DNA of 35,271 nucleotides from a virus. Its lineage: Duplodnaviria > Caudoviricetes. Shown piece after piece: positions 9,679 through 18,197 of the stretch. The stretch covers positions 1 through 35,271 of IMG/VR virus record IMGVR_UViG_3300037047_000137; one strand, written 5' to 3'. The notes below the pieces were generated by a model that was not told the DNA's origin, did no database searches, and saw nothing but the letters and a program-made list of their open reading frames with translations. The stretch's first letter is position 1; each line of letters opens with the position of its first letter. Made by a program: the position numbers and the translations under genes.

Positions 9679-9774
9679 TCAGCCCCCCCACCCCTGCCGG
9701 CGCCGGACCCACCACAGCCAGCCGACATATCCGGCCCCCGCCAGGACGATGATGCCAGCAATAGCTTCCGCCAT
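9679..9774 (-). CDS. 31-aa single-pass membrane peptide (below the ORF-track cut-off)
   Basis: MAEAIAGIIVLAGAGYVGWLWWVRRRQGWGG*. It fills the gap between the stop at 9778 and the start at 9677 almost exactly. Confidence 0.6.
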   Translation of the reverse strand: MAEAIAGIIVLAGAGYVGWLWWVRRRQGWGG

Positions 9775-9777
9775 CGC

Positions 9778-10053
9778 TCAGACTCCGAAGAGTTTCCGGC
9801 CCGCCAGAAAGAGCAGGTAGCCTGCTGAACCGCTGCCGCCCGCTACGACAATCCCGATCAACCACCGCAAAACCGGATCGTGCCAACTGCGGCACTTGCT
9901 TTCGCACCGCACCAACCGCCTGTCGTGATTCAGGAGCACCGCGCCAACACGGTCAAACTTGGTCATGAGCAGATGCGCCCGCCCGGCCTCGCTCATCTTC
10001 TCCAGCTCGTCAACGCCCGGCGTCTCGCCCAGGTCGATGCCGTCAACCTGCAT
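9778..10053 (-). CDS. Small membrane protein with a C-terminal TM segment (holin-like candidate)
   Basis: 91 aa. Hydrophobic stretch VLRWLIGIVVAGGSGSAGYLLFLAG followed by RK. Confidence 0.5.
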   Translation of the reverse strand: MQVDGIDLGETPGVDELEKMSEAGRAHLLMTKFDRVGAVLLNHDRRLVRCESKCRSWHDPVLRWLIGIVVAGGSGSAGYLLFLAGRKLFGV

Positions 10054-10066
10054 GGCCGTCCCCCTG

Positions 10067-10636
10067 CTACGGCTGAGGTTTCAACCCCAGCCACTTCCTC
10101 ACCTGGTCAATGCGCTTGTCGGATCCACTGTCAATGAAGTCTCGAAAGTGCGTGCGGTAATCGGCAATCGTGGGCTTCAGCGGCTCCACCGCCGCCACCA
10201 CGCTACGTAACGCCCGGTTGTCGGTCCGCCAATTCCAGATCGCCAGCGCCACCCCCGCCGCCAGAACGGCCAGCCCGATCCAGATCAGGTACGGCACAAG
10301 CTGCGCCAGCGCCCAGGCCAGCCCCGCGACCGCCAGACACGCCAGCGCCCCATAGACCGCCCATCTGCGGGCCAGCGGCAGGAAGATCGCCAGGGCCGCG
10401 CACCCCAGCGTGCCAAAGAGGCTGATGCCGATCACCCAGCGCAGCTTTTGCCGCTGGTCGGCTATGTCCTTCTGCCGGATCGCCACCTTGAGCCCGTCGC
10501 GCTCGGCCTCCACTTCGGCCAACCGCTGTTCCATCGCCTCGCGCGTGCGCGGCAAGGGGTTGCCAGGCGCCGGCCTCGCCGCCGCCGAGCACCCCGCCAC
10601 GGCCAGGACCGTCAGGAGCACCGCCGCGAACCTCAC
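10067..10636 (-). CDS. Lipoprotein-signal, coiled-coil, multi-TM membrane protein (lysis/spanin-like candidate)
   Basis: Lipobox in MRFAAVLLTVLAVAG-C, coiled coil EAMEQRLAEVEAERDGLKVAI, then three hydrophobic segments. Confidence 0.6.
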   Translation of the reverse strand: MRFAAVLLTVLAVAGCSAAARPAPGNPLPRTREAMEQRLAEVEAERDGLKVAIRQKDIADQRQKLRWVIGISLFGTLGCAALAIFLPLARRWAVYGALACLAVAGLAWALAQLVPYLIWIGLAVLAAGVALAIWNWRTDNRALRSVVAAVEPLKPTIADYRTHFRDFIDSGSDKRIDQVRKWLGLKPQP

Positions 10637-11343
10637 CGCAGCCCCCGCTTGGCCGCGTAGCCCTCGTATCGGTCAGCCATGTACTTCTCGATATAGGCCA
10701 CGTTACCGGAGTTGAGGCCAACCACCGGCCGGGCCGGCACCCTCGCCGCCCCCCGGAATCTTCGGATGATGCTCCGGAACACGCTGCGTTTGCTGCCCTC
10801 GCGGTACTGCCCGCCGAAATGCAGCGCTTCAATCCATCGCGTGCCCCTGGTGTAGCCGTAAGTCACGCTGGTTGCCGAAACCCTGACCGCCCCGCTTCCG
10901 GGCTTCGTCAGAAAATCCCAAATCCGCCGGGCCTTCTGCTTGCCCGATGTCCGTATCAGCGCCTTCTGCGCCTTGAACGGTGGCCCGTAGCGCTCGCGGA
11001 ACGCCATCGCCCGGCGCTTGCCGTCCATCGACGTGATCTTGGCCGTCATGACAGCCGGATAACGCCCCGTCCTGACGCTGGGGAGCCTCTGCTTCGGCCC
11101 GATGCTCGGCAACGGCCCCCGGTTCACGATTATGGGCACCACATCGCCCACCTTCGGCCGCGGCTCGGAGTATGTCGGCTGCCAGGGCTGGCCATCCGGC
11201 CCCACGTGCGCCTTGAGCCGCTGCCGGTGCTCTCCCCGGATGTACTTCCCCAGGTGCTGCATCGCCCCGCGGACGGCGTTCTTGCCGAAGCCCTTGAGCC
11301 TCTCCGCCCAGGCGTGGAACTCGGGAACGGTCATCGCGCTCAC
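10633..11343 (-). CDS. Virion morphogenesis/neck protein (P2 gpS / Mu gpG-like)
   Basis: Basic protein with the family-typical motifs GPDGQPWQP, LHFGG and VPARPVVGL. GTGA overlap at 11340-11343. Confidence 0.75.
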   Translation of the reverse strand: MSAMTVPEFHAWAERLKGFGKNAVRGAMQHLGKYIRGEHRQRLKAHVGPDGQPWQPTYSEPRPKVGDVVPIIVNRGPLPSIGPKQRLPSVRTGRYPAVMTAKITSMDGKRRAMAFRERYGPPFKAQKALIRTSGKQKARRIWDFLTKPGSGAVRVSATSVTYGYTRGTRWIEALHFGGQYREGSKRSVFRSIIRRFRGAARVPARPVVGLNSGNVAYIEKYMADRYEGYAAKRGLR

Positions 11344-11690
11344 GAGTCCACCTCGATCACGGGGATCCGCCACTCGTCCGTGCCTTCGAGATAATCCGCC
11401 CCCGCCTGCACGTCGTACTCTGCCCCATCCCCATCGGTGACCATGTCCCCCCGCCGGGGCTCGACCTCCGCGCCGTTCAGGACCAGGTCAGACGCCTTCA
11501 CCGTGAACTCAAGCCGGTGCGCCCGCGCGTAGACCCCTTGCGCGTCCACCACGTCCGCCCCTTGGCTGTTTCTCAGCGCTGTAAGCGTCACTGCCAGCCC
11601 TTCGCGTGAGTAGGCGACCGACTCACCGAAAACGCCGGAAAAGGCCGGCAAAGCGGCCTTGGCGGCGACCTGGAAGGGGTTGTCCGGCAC
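11340..11690 (-). CDS. Head-tail joining protein (lambda gpFII-like)
   Basis: 116 aa with FGESVAYS and EPRRGDMVTDG motifs. Located after the capsid genes. Confidence 0.75.
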   Translation of the reverse strand: MPDNPFQVAAKAALPAFSGVFGESVAYSREGLAVTLTALRNSQGADVVDAQGVYARAHRLEFTVKASDLVLNGAEVEPRRGDMVTDGDGAEYDVQAGADYLEGTDEWRIPVIEVDS

Positions 11691-11702
11691 GGGGAACCCC
11701 GG

Positions 11703-12089
11703 TCAGGCCTGGACCACCTGGCCCAGGAGATCGGCCTTCTGGACCCGGAAGTCCGGAATGCCGTCCACATCCACCACCACGGTCTTCCTGGTGACGCTGA
11801 CCACCGGTCCGGACTTCTCCTGGCCGGCGCGGATGAAGGTCACCACCTGACCCGGCCGGACCTTTTCCGGATCAAAACCAGCCCCGCGGTCAATCAGCCT
11901 CGTGGCCGGGACCGGGGCAGCCTCCGGGGCAGGGGGCGGGGCAGGGGTAGGGGCGTCAACAGTCGCCACCACCGGCGCGCCCCAGACATACCCGCAGGCC
12001 GGGCATGCCGCCCGGACGAATCTCTTGCCCTGGTAAAGGTAAGGCTCGCCCTTGATCTCGGCCGCCTTGCCGCATTCCGGACATTTCAT
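11703..12089 (-). CDS. Zinc-ribbon, Pro-rich linker and SH3/KOW-like small protein
   Basis: ATG at 12089 with an AAGGAG SD. CPEC...CPAC, a PTPAPPPAP linker, then VRPGQVVTF...GPVVSVTRKTVVV. Confidence 0.6.
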   Translation of the reverse strand: MKCPECGKAAEIKGEPYLYQGKRFVRAACPACGYVWGAPVVATVDAPTPAPPPAPEAAPVPATRLIDRGAGFDPEKVRPGQVVTFIRAGQEKSGPVVSVTRKTVVVDVDGIPDFRVQKADLLGQVVQA

Positions 12090-12104
12090 GGGAAGCTCCT
12101 TGCA

Positions 12105-12155
12105 GAAAAGGCCGCGAGGCGGGCCGGCTCCGCAGTAAGGAGCCGGCCCAGCCTC
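12105..12155 (-). terminator. Probable intrinsic terminator after the capsid cement gene
   Basis: Stem GAGGC(T)GGGCCGGCTCC / GGAGCCGGCCCGCCTC, followed a few nt later by CTTTTCT on the minus strand. Confidence 0.55.
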
Positions 12156-12168
12156 GTTATCGTGCCGA

Positions 12169-13038
12169 TCAGGTCGCCGGAACGACCTCGACAATCAGGT
12201 TGTCGAGCTGGACCTCGTTGTCGGCGTGCGCCGCGCTCCAGGTCGCGGTCACGGTCACGTCGATGCTTCCCGAGAGATCCTCGGCCGCATCGGCCTTGGC
12301 GAAGGGCTTCGCCGTCACCGTGCCCGGAACACCCAGGGCGACCACGCCGCAGGCACAGAGGTGCCCGCCGGCGCCAGCGATCCGGACCACCACCGCCGCG
12401 TCGATGTAGAAGAGGTCCCCGTCGGCCACGTCCACCGCGCCGGTGGCGACGATCTCCTCGGTGCCGACCTTCAACTTGACGTTGAGCGTGTCGGCCGCGT
12501 TGTTGTCGTTGACCTTGCCCTGCGCGCGGATGCGGATCACATCGCCGGCCGAGAGCGACGCCCCGACCAGGGTGGCTTTCTTGTCGAAAGCCGTCTCGTC
12601 GGTCGTGTTCTCCACCTCGGCACTGGCCGCCACGTTGGCGGATGCAGCGCTGATGTTCCCCACCTTCCGCTCGTTGAGCGCCACGTAACAGTGCCGATCG
12701 TTCGCGCCGGCCGCGGACACGGTCTTACCCATGTACACGTCGCCGGTGGCACTGCACGGCGTGCCGGTGGCCGCGCCGGTGGTGGCCGTCCCCAGGTAGG
12801 GGTTGCCATCGGCGTCGAACCAGACGTCCGCGCCGGCCGCGAAAGCCTCCTGCTTCTTCTCGACCTTCACGATGCCCTCGACCAACGCGCCCGTCTGCGC
12901 GCCGTTGGCCACATCGCCGACCAGGACGCCGCACCGGCCATCGTCAACCTTGACCACCGCCCCGCCGAGCTTGTCGGCGGAAGCGGTGTAGTCGAGAATC
13001 TCACCCTGCTGGTGGATTCTTGCCTTGGGAGCACTCAT
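12169..13038 (-). CDS. DUF2190-type capsid cement/decoration protein with a C-terminal extension
   Basis: The N-terminal ~125 aa (QQGEILDYT...GALVEGIVKVEK...YMGKTVSAA...YVALNE) match the DUF2190 pattern and directly follow the capsid gene. About 165 extra aa follow. Confidence 0.75.
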   Translation of the reverse strand: MSAPKARIHQQGEILDYTASADKLGGAVVKVDDGRCGVLVGDVANGAQTGALVEGIVKVEKKQEAFAAGADVWFDADGNPYLGTATTGAATGTPCSATGDVYMGKTVSAAGANDRHCYVALNERKVGNISAASANVAASAEVENTTDETAFDKKATLVGASLSAGDVIRIRAQGKVNDNNAADTLNVKLKVGTEEIVATGAVDVADGDLFYIDAAVVVRIAGAGGHLCACGVVALGVPGTVTAKPFAKADAAEDLSGSIDVTVTATWSAAHADNEVQLDNLIVEVVPAT

Positions 13039-13081
13039 TTCATTCCTCGCTTTCTCTCAATGCCCTTGATGGCCGCAGCGC

Positions 13082-15232
13082 CTACGCGCCGGCCATCAAG
13101 ACCGCGCCGCGCGGATCCTGCTGCGCAACGCCGAAGTCCTGGTATCCGCGGAACCCGATCCCCAGCCGATTCGACGGCAGCCCCACCTGCTCGATGGTCG
13201 GCGTGTCGACGCCGTTGAGGAATGCCAGGTCGAAAGCCGCGATGTCCGCCGGGTCGGCGAACAGGTACCACCCCGTGGAACTGACGCTGCCGTGGAAGCC
13301 CGTCGCGGACAGGTACGGGCTGCTGAGCGGCTCGTACTTGCCGGCGTGGATGTTGGCCTCGCCCTGCACCGCCGCGGCGTTGGTGGCGCCCAGGGCGGTA
13401 ACAATGAGGTTCTGCGACTTGTACAGCCGCTCCGCCGTGGCCTTGAGCTCCGGCGGCACCAAGAGGAACTTGGGGAGAACCAGTACCGGCTCGCCCCTGG
13501 TGTCGGTCATCTTCTCCATGAGCCCGACCGCCGTGGTGAGCGCGGTCTCGCCCAGGGCCGTCCCGGCACCCGAAGAATAGTTGCCGTTGCCCGACCCGAA
13601 GAAGGTGCCGGTGTTGTCGAGGATGAGCGTGAAGCCGGCCCGCTCCAGCGCCAGGGCCGCCCCGCGGCCGATGGCCCTCGGGATCCGCAGGAACGCGCCC
13701 ATGTCATCGTTGATGATCATCTGGCGGTCCAGCTCGAAGAAGATCCCGTAGGTCTCCGCCTGCTGGGTGAAGCTCTGCTCGTCCACGTCGCCGTGCTTGA
13801 GCTCGCCCCCGGCAACCACCTTCTTGAAGGTGAAGTCGCTGGTCAGCCGGTACCGGGTGTGCTGCTTGAAGTCGCTCACCTGGCTGATGGAGAAAATCCG
13901 CCTGACCACGCTCTGCGGAGCCAGGTAGGCCTCCAACATGGCCTTGTGGGCCACGTTGCTGAGGATGCCGGTGAGGCTCAGACTGGTGGCCGCCGCCCGA
14001 ATCCACCGGTCGGTGCCTTCCTCGCGCCGGCTCAGGACGATCCCGTCCAGCGCCGCCGCCTCGGCCATCAGCGCCCGCAACGGGATCCGCCGCATGCGCT
14101 GGGCCGCTTCCAGCGTGCGGGCGTCATAGTCCCGCTCCAGCCTGGACTGCGGAAGCTGAGCCTGCATGCAGGCCGCCGCCTCCAGCGCCCTGGCGTCGGA
14201 CCCCGGTTCGCTGCGCTGCAGCCCCGGCCCGACCGGTCGCACCGCCGCGTAGCTGGCCTTCAGCACCTCGCGGTTGAACCGGGACTCGTCCCAGCCCTCG
14301 GCGATGGCCGAAGCGCGAAGCTCCTGCACCCGCTCCCTGGTCTCCTTGGCGCTGCACCAGCCGGCGTTGACCGCCGCCATGTAGCCCCGCTCGATGGCCG
14401 CCACGCGCGTGCGCTCGGTCGCCACGGCCGTCTGGGCCGCCTGCAACGGGTCAGCCTGACCCTCGTTGACCGGAGCCCTGCCGCTGGCATTCTCCGGCTC
14501 GCCGCCCGAAGCCGCGGCCCCGGCCGCAGCCCCTGTCTCGGCATCGTACTCCGCCTTGAGCTCGCTCAGGCGCTTCTCCTCCAGCCCTTCGGGGTCGATG
14601 CCCTTCCCCTGGAGCCATGCCTTGAACTTGGGATCCATGTCTTCCTCCTTCATGCTGGCGGCTATCGAGCCGCTCGTCTGCCCGTCGGCCCCAAGGGCCA
14701 CAAAGCTGATTTCGCGCACCACCCCGGACCTGACCACAGTGATCGGTCCCTTCACGGTGCGCCCGTTGACCTTCGTCGAAGCCCCCGCCCTCACGTCCTC
14801 AAGCACGAGGGTGGACGGGTCCATGCCGATACTCGATTGCCAGGGGAAGCCGTTCTTGCCGCTGGCCACCACCTCGGCCGCGGCCGGGCCGGCGCCGCTG
14901 ACCACGCCGCTGGCCACGATCCGGCCCTTGACCGCCTTGGCCTCGCCGTGGCCCACCACCTGGCCCGAATCGTGGTCGCGCAGGACGCGAATGGGGTTGG
15001 CGAACGCCACCCCGGCCAGGTCAACCATCACCCGGCCGTAGTACCCGATGAACATCGGCCCGCCGGTGTAGCCGACCATCTCGAAGGCCGGGAGCTTCGC
15101 GCCCTCACCTTCGGCCGCCGCGGCCTCAAGCAGCCTGGCGCTGCCGAGCTCGCCCACCAGCCGGAACGGCCGCCCCTCGCGCTGCGCGCCAGCCGCCCCG
15201 GATGCCAACAGCCACGGTCTGCTCGATGCCAC
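13082..15232 (-). CDS. Prohead protease / scaffold / major capsid fusion protein (Mu gpT-like capsid domain)
   Basis: 716 aa. Protease region LRDHD...WQSSIG...EISFVALGAD. Capsid region VSDFK...TYG...RQMIINDDMGAF...PKFLLVPPEL...DFGVAQQDPRG. Confidence 0.9.
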   Translation of the reverse strand: MASSRPWLLASGAAGAQREGRPFRLVGELGSARLLEAAAAEGEGAKLPAFEMVGYTGGPMFIGYYGRVMVDLAGVAFANPIRVLRDHDSGQVVGHGEAKAVKGRIVASGVVSGAGPAAAEVVASGKNGFPWQSSIGMDPSTLVLEDVRAGASTKVNGRTVKGPITVVRSGVVREISFVALGADGQTSGSIAASMKEEDMDPKFKAWLQGKGIDPEGLEEKRLSELKAEYDAETGAAAGAAASGGEPENASGRAPVNEGQADPLQAAQTAVATERTRVAAIERGYMAAVNAGWCSAKETRERVQELRASAIAEGWDESRFNREVLKASYAAVRPVGPGLQRSEPGSDARALEAAACMQAQLPQSRLERDYDARTLEAAQRMRRIPLRALMAEAAALDGIVLSRREEGTDRWIRAAATSLSLTGILSNVAHKAMLEAYLAPQSVVRRIFSISQVSDFKQHTRYRLTSDFTFKKVVAGGELKHGDVDEQSFTQQAETYGIFFELDRQMIINDDMGAFLRIPRAIGRGAALALERAGFTLILDNTGTFFGSGNGNYSSGAGTALGETALTTAVGLMEKMTDTRGEPVLVLPKFLLVPPELKATAERLYKSQNLIVTALGATNAAAVQGEANIHAGKYEPLSSPYLSATGFHGSVSSTGWYLFADPADIAAFDLAFLNGVDTPTIEQVGLPSNRLGIGFRGYQDFGVAQQDPRGAVLMAGA

Positions 15233-15235
15233 TTC

Positions 15236-16822
15236 CTACCTCCTCGACATGTTGGCCAGGGCCTCGGCAATGCGCTCGGGGTCAACCCGGTCGGCAATGG
15301 CCTCGGCAATCCGCTCCGCCATAACCCAGCCCACGGCGTCAATGGAGCCCTCGCCGTTGCGCGGCTCGCTGCCCGGCTCGGGCAGCAGCTCGTACTGCTT
15401 CAAGAGCTTTTGATCCCTGGACATCTGGCGGAGCCCCTCTTCGGCGCTCAACCCCTGCCGCGCCCATTCGATGCTCAGGTTGGTCGTCTTGTTGGCCAAC
15501 CGCACCTGCTGCGCCATCGCCTCTTTGTAGGGGTCCACGTGCTCGATACCGTCGAAGTGCCACGTGTGCGGCTCGGTTGCGCCCGGCTCCCAATCGCGCA
15601 TGTGCTGCGCGCGGGGGGTGAACTGGTAAAAGTCGTTCCACCGCGCGTAGATCGTGGAACAGTCCAGCCCCAGGTCATACTGCGCCGTGTCGATCCACTT
15701 GAAAAACGCCTGGTGATCCAGCCGGCCGGAACTGTAATTGTACGCCGAACTATCGCCCAGGCTGATGTTGTTGGGCTCGTACAGGCACCGGCCCATCTCG
15801 TTGAGAATCTCGCGCTTGAACTCGCGATAGGTCGACGCCGGCTGTTGTGCCTGCATCTGCGCCATCTTCCAGCCGGCCGGCAGCGTGAGCCCGGAGCCGT
15901 ACTCCAGCGATACGGCGTCCATCGGGTCCACCTCGACCGGCGCAAGCTGGGGATGCTCGGAGTAGAGCAACCAGGAGAAGCTGGCCACGTTCTCAGCGGC
16001 GGTCAGCACCGCCAGCGTGTACCGCCGGAGCTGCGCCCCCAGCCGGAACGCCGGGCCGATCTCGCACACCCCGCGCTTCTGCGCCCGCAGCGGCCGGAAA
16101 CGGTGTAGGATTTCCCCCGCCGGCTTGTTCTCGTACTCGCCCATGAAGGTCAAGTACCCGGTCAGGAAGGCCGACCCGCCAGGATGCTCCTTGAGCACGT
16201 CGTAAGACAGGGGGTTGCCGATCTCGTCGTACTCGATGCCGTCGGAGTAGTACTTGCGGCGAAGCTTGTCCATCTGCCCCGTGACCCGTGCCGCTTCGAC
16301 CACCTGAATGTCGAGCTTCACCGGATGCCGCAGCCGGGGGTTGATGACCAACGCCAGGAAGCATTCGCCGTCCTGGGTTTCGAGGATTTCGCACAGCCGC
16401 AGCTTCTGGCCCAGGCGGACCTCGCCGGCCCAGGCGTTGAACGAAGCCTGTTTGGCCTCGTCGTAGCTCTGACTGCCGCCGGCCTCGCTGGTATCGAGCT
16501 GCAACCTCGGCAGGCGCCCCACCACGTAGAGCGCCCGGGTGTCAACCATCGCCCGCAGATAGGCGTTGTTCCGGAGCTCGTAAGCCGCCCGGTTGCGCAG
16601 CGTCGCCCGGACCTGCGGCGAGGCCTCGGCGTCGCCCGACGTGCCCCTGGCCTCGTTCCAGACTTCCTTGAGCTGGTTGTCATTGCGTGCCGCATCGTAG
16701 GTCGCGCGCGGTGCCGGCCGGTGATGCGAGAGCCGGATCGGCCGGCCGAACTCGTCCAATATGGACAGCGCGTTGGCCCGGAACCGGGCAGGGGCGGAAA
16801 GTTCAAGCGTGCGCTCGCGCAT
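15236..16822 (-). CDS. Portal protein, lambda family
   Basis: 528 aa with YDAA, LRNRAAYELRNN, DGECF, DGIEYDEIGNP, RGV, YNYSSGRLD and VDPYKE motifs. Confidence 0.93.
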   Translation of the reverse strand: MRERTLELSAPARFRANALSILDEFGRPIRLSHHRPAPRATYDAARNDNQLKEVWNEARGTSGDAEASPQVRATLRNRAAYELRNNAYLRAMVDTRALYVVGRLPRLQLDTSEAGGSQSYDEAKQASFNAWAGEVRLGQKLRLCEILETQDGECFLALVINPRLRHPVKLDIQVVEAARVTGQMDKLRRKYYSDGIEYDEIGNPLSYDVLKEHPGGSAFLTGYLTFMGEYENKPAGEILHRFRPLRAQKRGVCEIGPAFRLGAQLRRYTLAVLTAAENVASFSWLLYSEHPQLAPVEVDPMDAVSLEYGSGLTLPAGWKMAQMQAQQPASTYREFKREILNEMGRCLYEPNNISLGDSSAYNYSSGRLDHQAFFKWIDTAQYDLGLDCSTIYARWNDFYQFTPRAQHMRDWEPGATEPHTWHFDGIEHVDPYKEAMAQQVRLANKTTNLSIEWARQGLSAEEGLRQMSRDQKLLKQYELLPEPGSEPRNGEGSIDAVGWVMAERIAEAIADRVDPERIAEALANMSRR

Positions 16823-17061
16823 CAGCTCTGCCCCCCGGTCGTCACCGTGCCGCCGTTGTGGATCGGGGAAATACGCATCCCGCGCGCGCCCGTGCCATCG
16901 GCCAGCGCCGCGTACTGGCTGCGGGCCTCGCGGAGCTCGGTCAGGCTGGTATAGGTGATGCTCCTGTCGCCGAAAGACAGCGTCTGCGCTCCGCCCCCGG
17001 CCAGCATCGCCAGGATCGCGGCATCTATCGCTTCGACTATCGCGCTCGCGCTCGTACTCAT
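16822..17061 (-). CDS. Head completion protein (lambda gpW-like)
   Basis: 79 aa from ATG 17061, with QTLSFGDRSITYTSLTELR. TGATG overlap with the portal gene. Confidence 0.8.
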   Translation of the reverse strand: MSTSASAIVEAIDAAILAMLAGGGAQTLSFGDRSITYTSLTELREARSQYAALADGTGARGMRISPIHNGGTVTTGGQS

Positions 17062-17091
17062 TCCTGCCCCACCGAGGCGCTGACCAGGGCC

Positions 17092-17183
17092 AAAAAGAAA
17101 GCGGGGCTGTCGAAGTGTCGGCTCCGACAAGCCCCGCTTCTTTCTGCTTGCGCCGGCTGGGTGGTGGCCGCCACCCGGTCCGG
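17092..17183 (-). terminator. Two-hairpin leader with an intrinsic (possibly bidirectional) terminator upstream of the head genes
   Basis: Hairpin 1 at 17153-17183 (CCGG.CCGGGTGG / CCACCCAGCCGG). Hairpin 2 GCGGGGCT...AGCCCCGC at 17101-17137, flanked by T-rich runs on both strands. Confidence 0.65.
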
Positions 17184-17479
17184 ACCCTGAATCAGACTAC
17201 CTCATGCCACCCGCCTCCGGTTGTCCCGCGCCTCATGCCTACACTTTGACGGAAGGAGAGGGGGAAGGCAAGAAAAATCTCCTTCCAGATTCCGCGTGGC
17301 GGAAAATAGGTGCAAGCTGCGATCCGTGACGCTGAAGCCGAACTTGGCTTTTCCCGGTTCAGCAGACCTATCAGGGTGCTGGAAAAGGCCGGAGGAGCAG
17401 TTACCGGACTGTCCGCCGAAGCACCGGTGTTGCGCAACCGCCAGATGTGCAGCGCCATGCGTCAGGCATTCGGCAGAAC

Positions 17480-17508
17480 TTGACATGGGCCGCGCCCACG
17501 GCAATAAT
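17480..17508 (+). promoter_or_regulatory. Sigma70-type promoter facing the cassette array (Pc equivalent)
   Basis: TTGACA (17480-17485), 17-nt spacer, AATAAT (17503-17508). Confidence 0.7.
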
Positions 17509-17549
17509 CACTTTTCGCTGTGCCGGGCGGCCTGTGGCCATCCGTGGAC

Positions 17550-17587
17550 CCGCTAAAAGATGGGCTTGTCCTGATCGTTGTTCGACC
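17550..17587 (+). promoter_or_regulatory. attI-like entry site (G^TTCGACC core at 17580-17587)
   Basis: A GTT core with no upstream attC palindrome, between the promoter and the first cassette. The left boundary is uncertain. Confidence 0.5.
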
Positions 17588-17600
17588 GAAAGGATAGCAC

Positions 17601-18194
17601 ATGGCGATTTCAATCTACTGCCCTCACTGCCACAAGCACACCGAATTGAGCATCGCTCCTGCAAAGTGCGATGCCCATGGGCGCCCCCACCAGACCCAGG
17701 CCGTCTGGCGCACGGAAGATGGTCGGAAGTGGTGGATCGGCGTGTGCAATTCATGCCAGCAACCATCGCTGGTCCAAGATCGCGGCATTCATGTGTTTCC
17801 TCAACCATTGCCCAATCCAACAGACCCCAATGTCCCGAAAGATCTGGCCAGCGACCTGAATGAGGCAAAGATGTGCTTTGCTGTTCAGTGTTATCGAGCA
17901 TGTGCGGTCATGGCTCGAAGGTGTATCCAGAATGCCTGCATCGCAAAAGGCGCGAAGACAGACAATTTGGTTGCCCAGATCAAGGAACTCACAACATCTG
18001 GCATGATCACTAAAGACGTTGAGGAGTGGGCCACAGTCGTACGCTGGATCGGAAACGACGCGGCTCATCCAAACAAGGATCAGGTAGCGAAGGAAGATGC
18101 TGAGGACGTGCTCGAGCTGGCAGAGCAGTTCCTTCATGTAATCTTTGTAACACCTGCACTCGCCAAAGCGCGGAAGGCGGCGAGAGGGAAATGA
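17601..18194 (+). CDS. DUF4145 (HEPN-like) protein with an N-terminal zinc ribbon; cassette 1
   Basis: CPHC and CNSC, then DLNEAKMC..CAVMARRCIQ and VRWIGNDAAH (RxxGNxAAH motif). Confidence 0.88.
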   Translation: MAISIYCPHCHKHTELSIAPAKCDAHGRPHQTQAVWRTEDGRKWWIGVCNSCQQPSLVQDRGIHVFPQPLPNPTDPNVPKDLASDLNEAKMCFAVQCYRACAVMARRCIQNACIAKGAKTDNLVAQIKELTTSGMITKDVEEWATVVRWIGNDAAHPNKDQVAKEDAEDVLELAEQFLHVIFVTPALAKARKAARGK

Positions 18195-18197
18195 AAG

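Noticed and set aside
13292-16108. 938-aa plus-strand ORF (also 21093-23423, 31132-32448, 2058-3152 and similar)
   Set aside because: These are antisense shadows of well-supported minus-strand genes in GC-rich DNA, with no recognisable motifs.
17190-17504. Possible divergent integron integrase or remnant (ORFs 17192-17458 and 17202-17504)
   Set aside because: There are no IntI or tyrosine-recombinase motifs in the minus frames, and the space is far too short.
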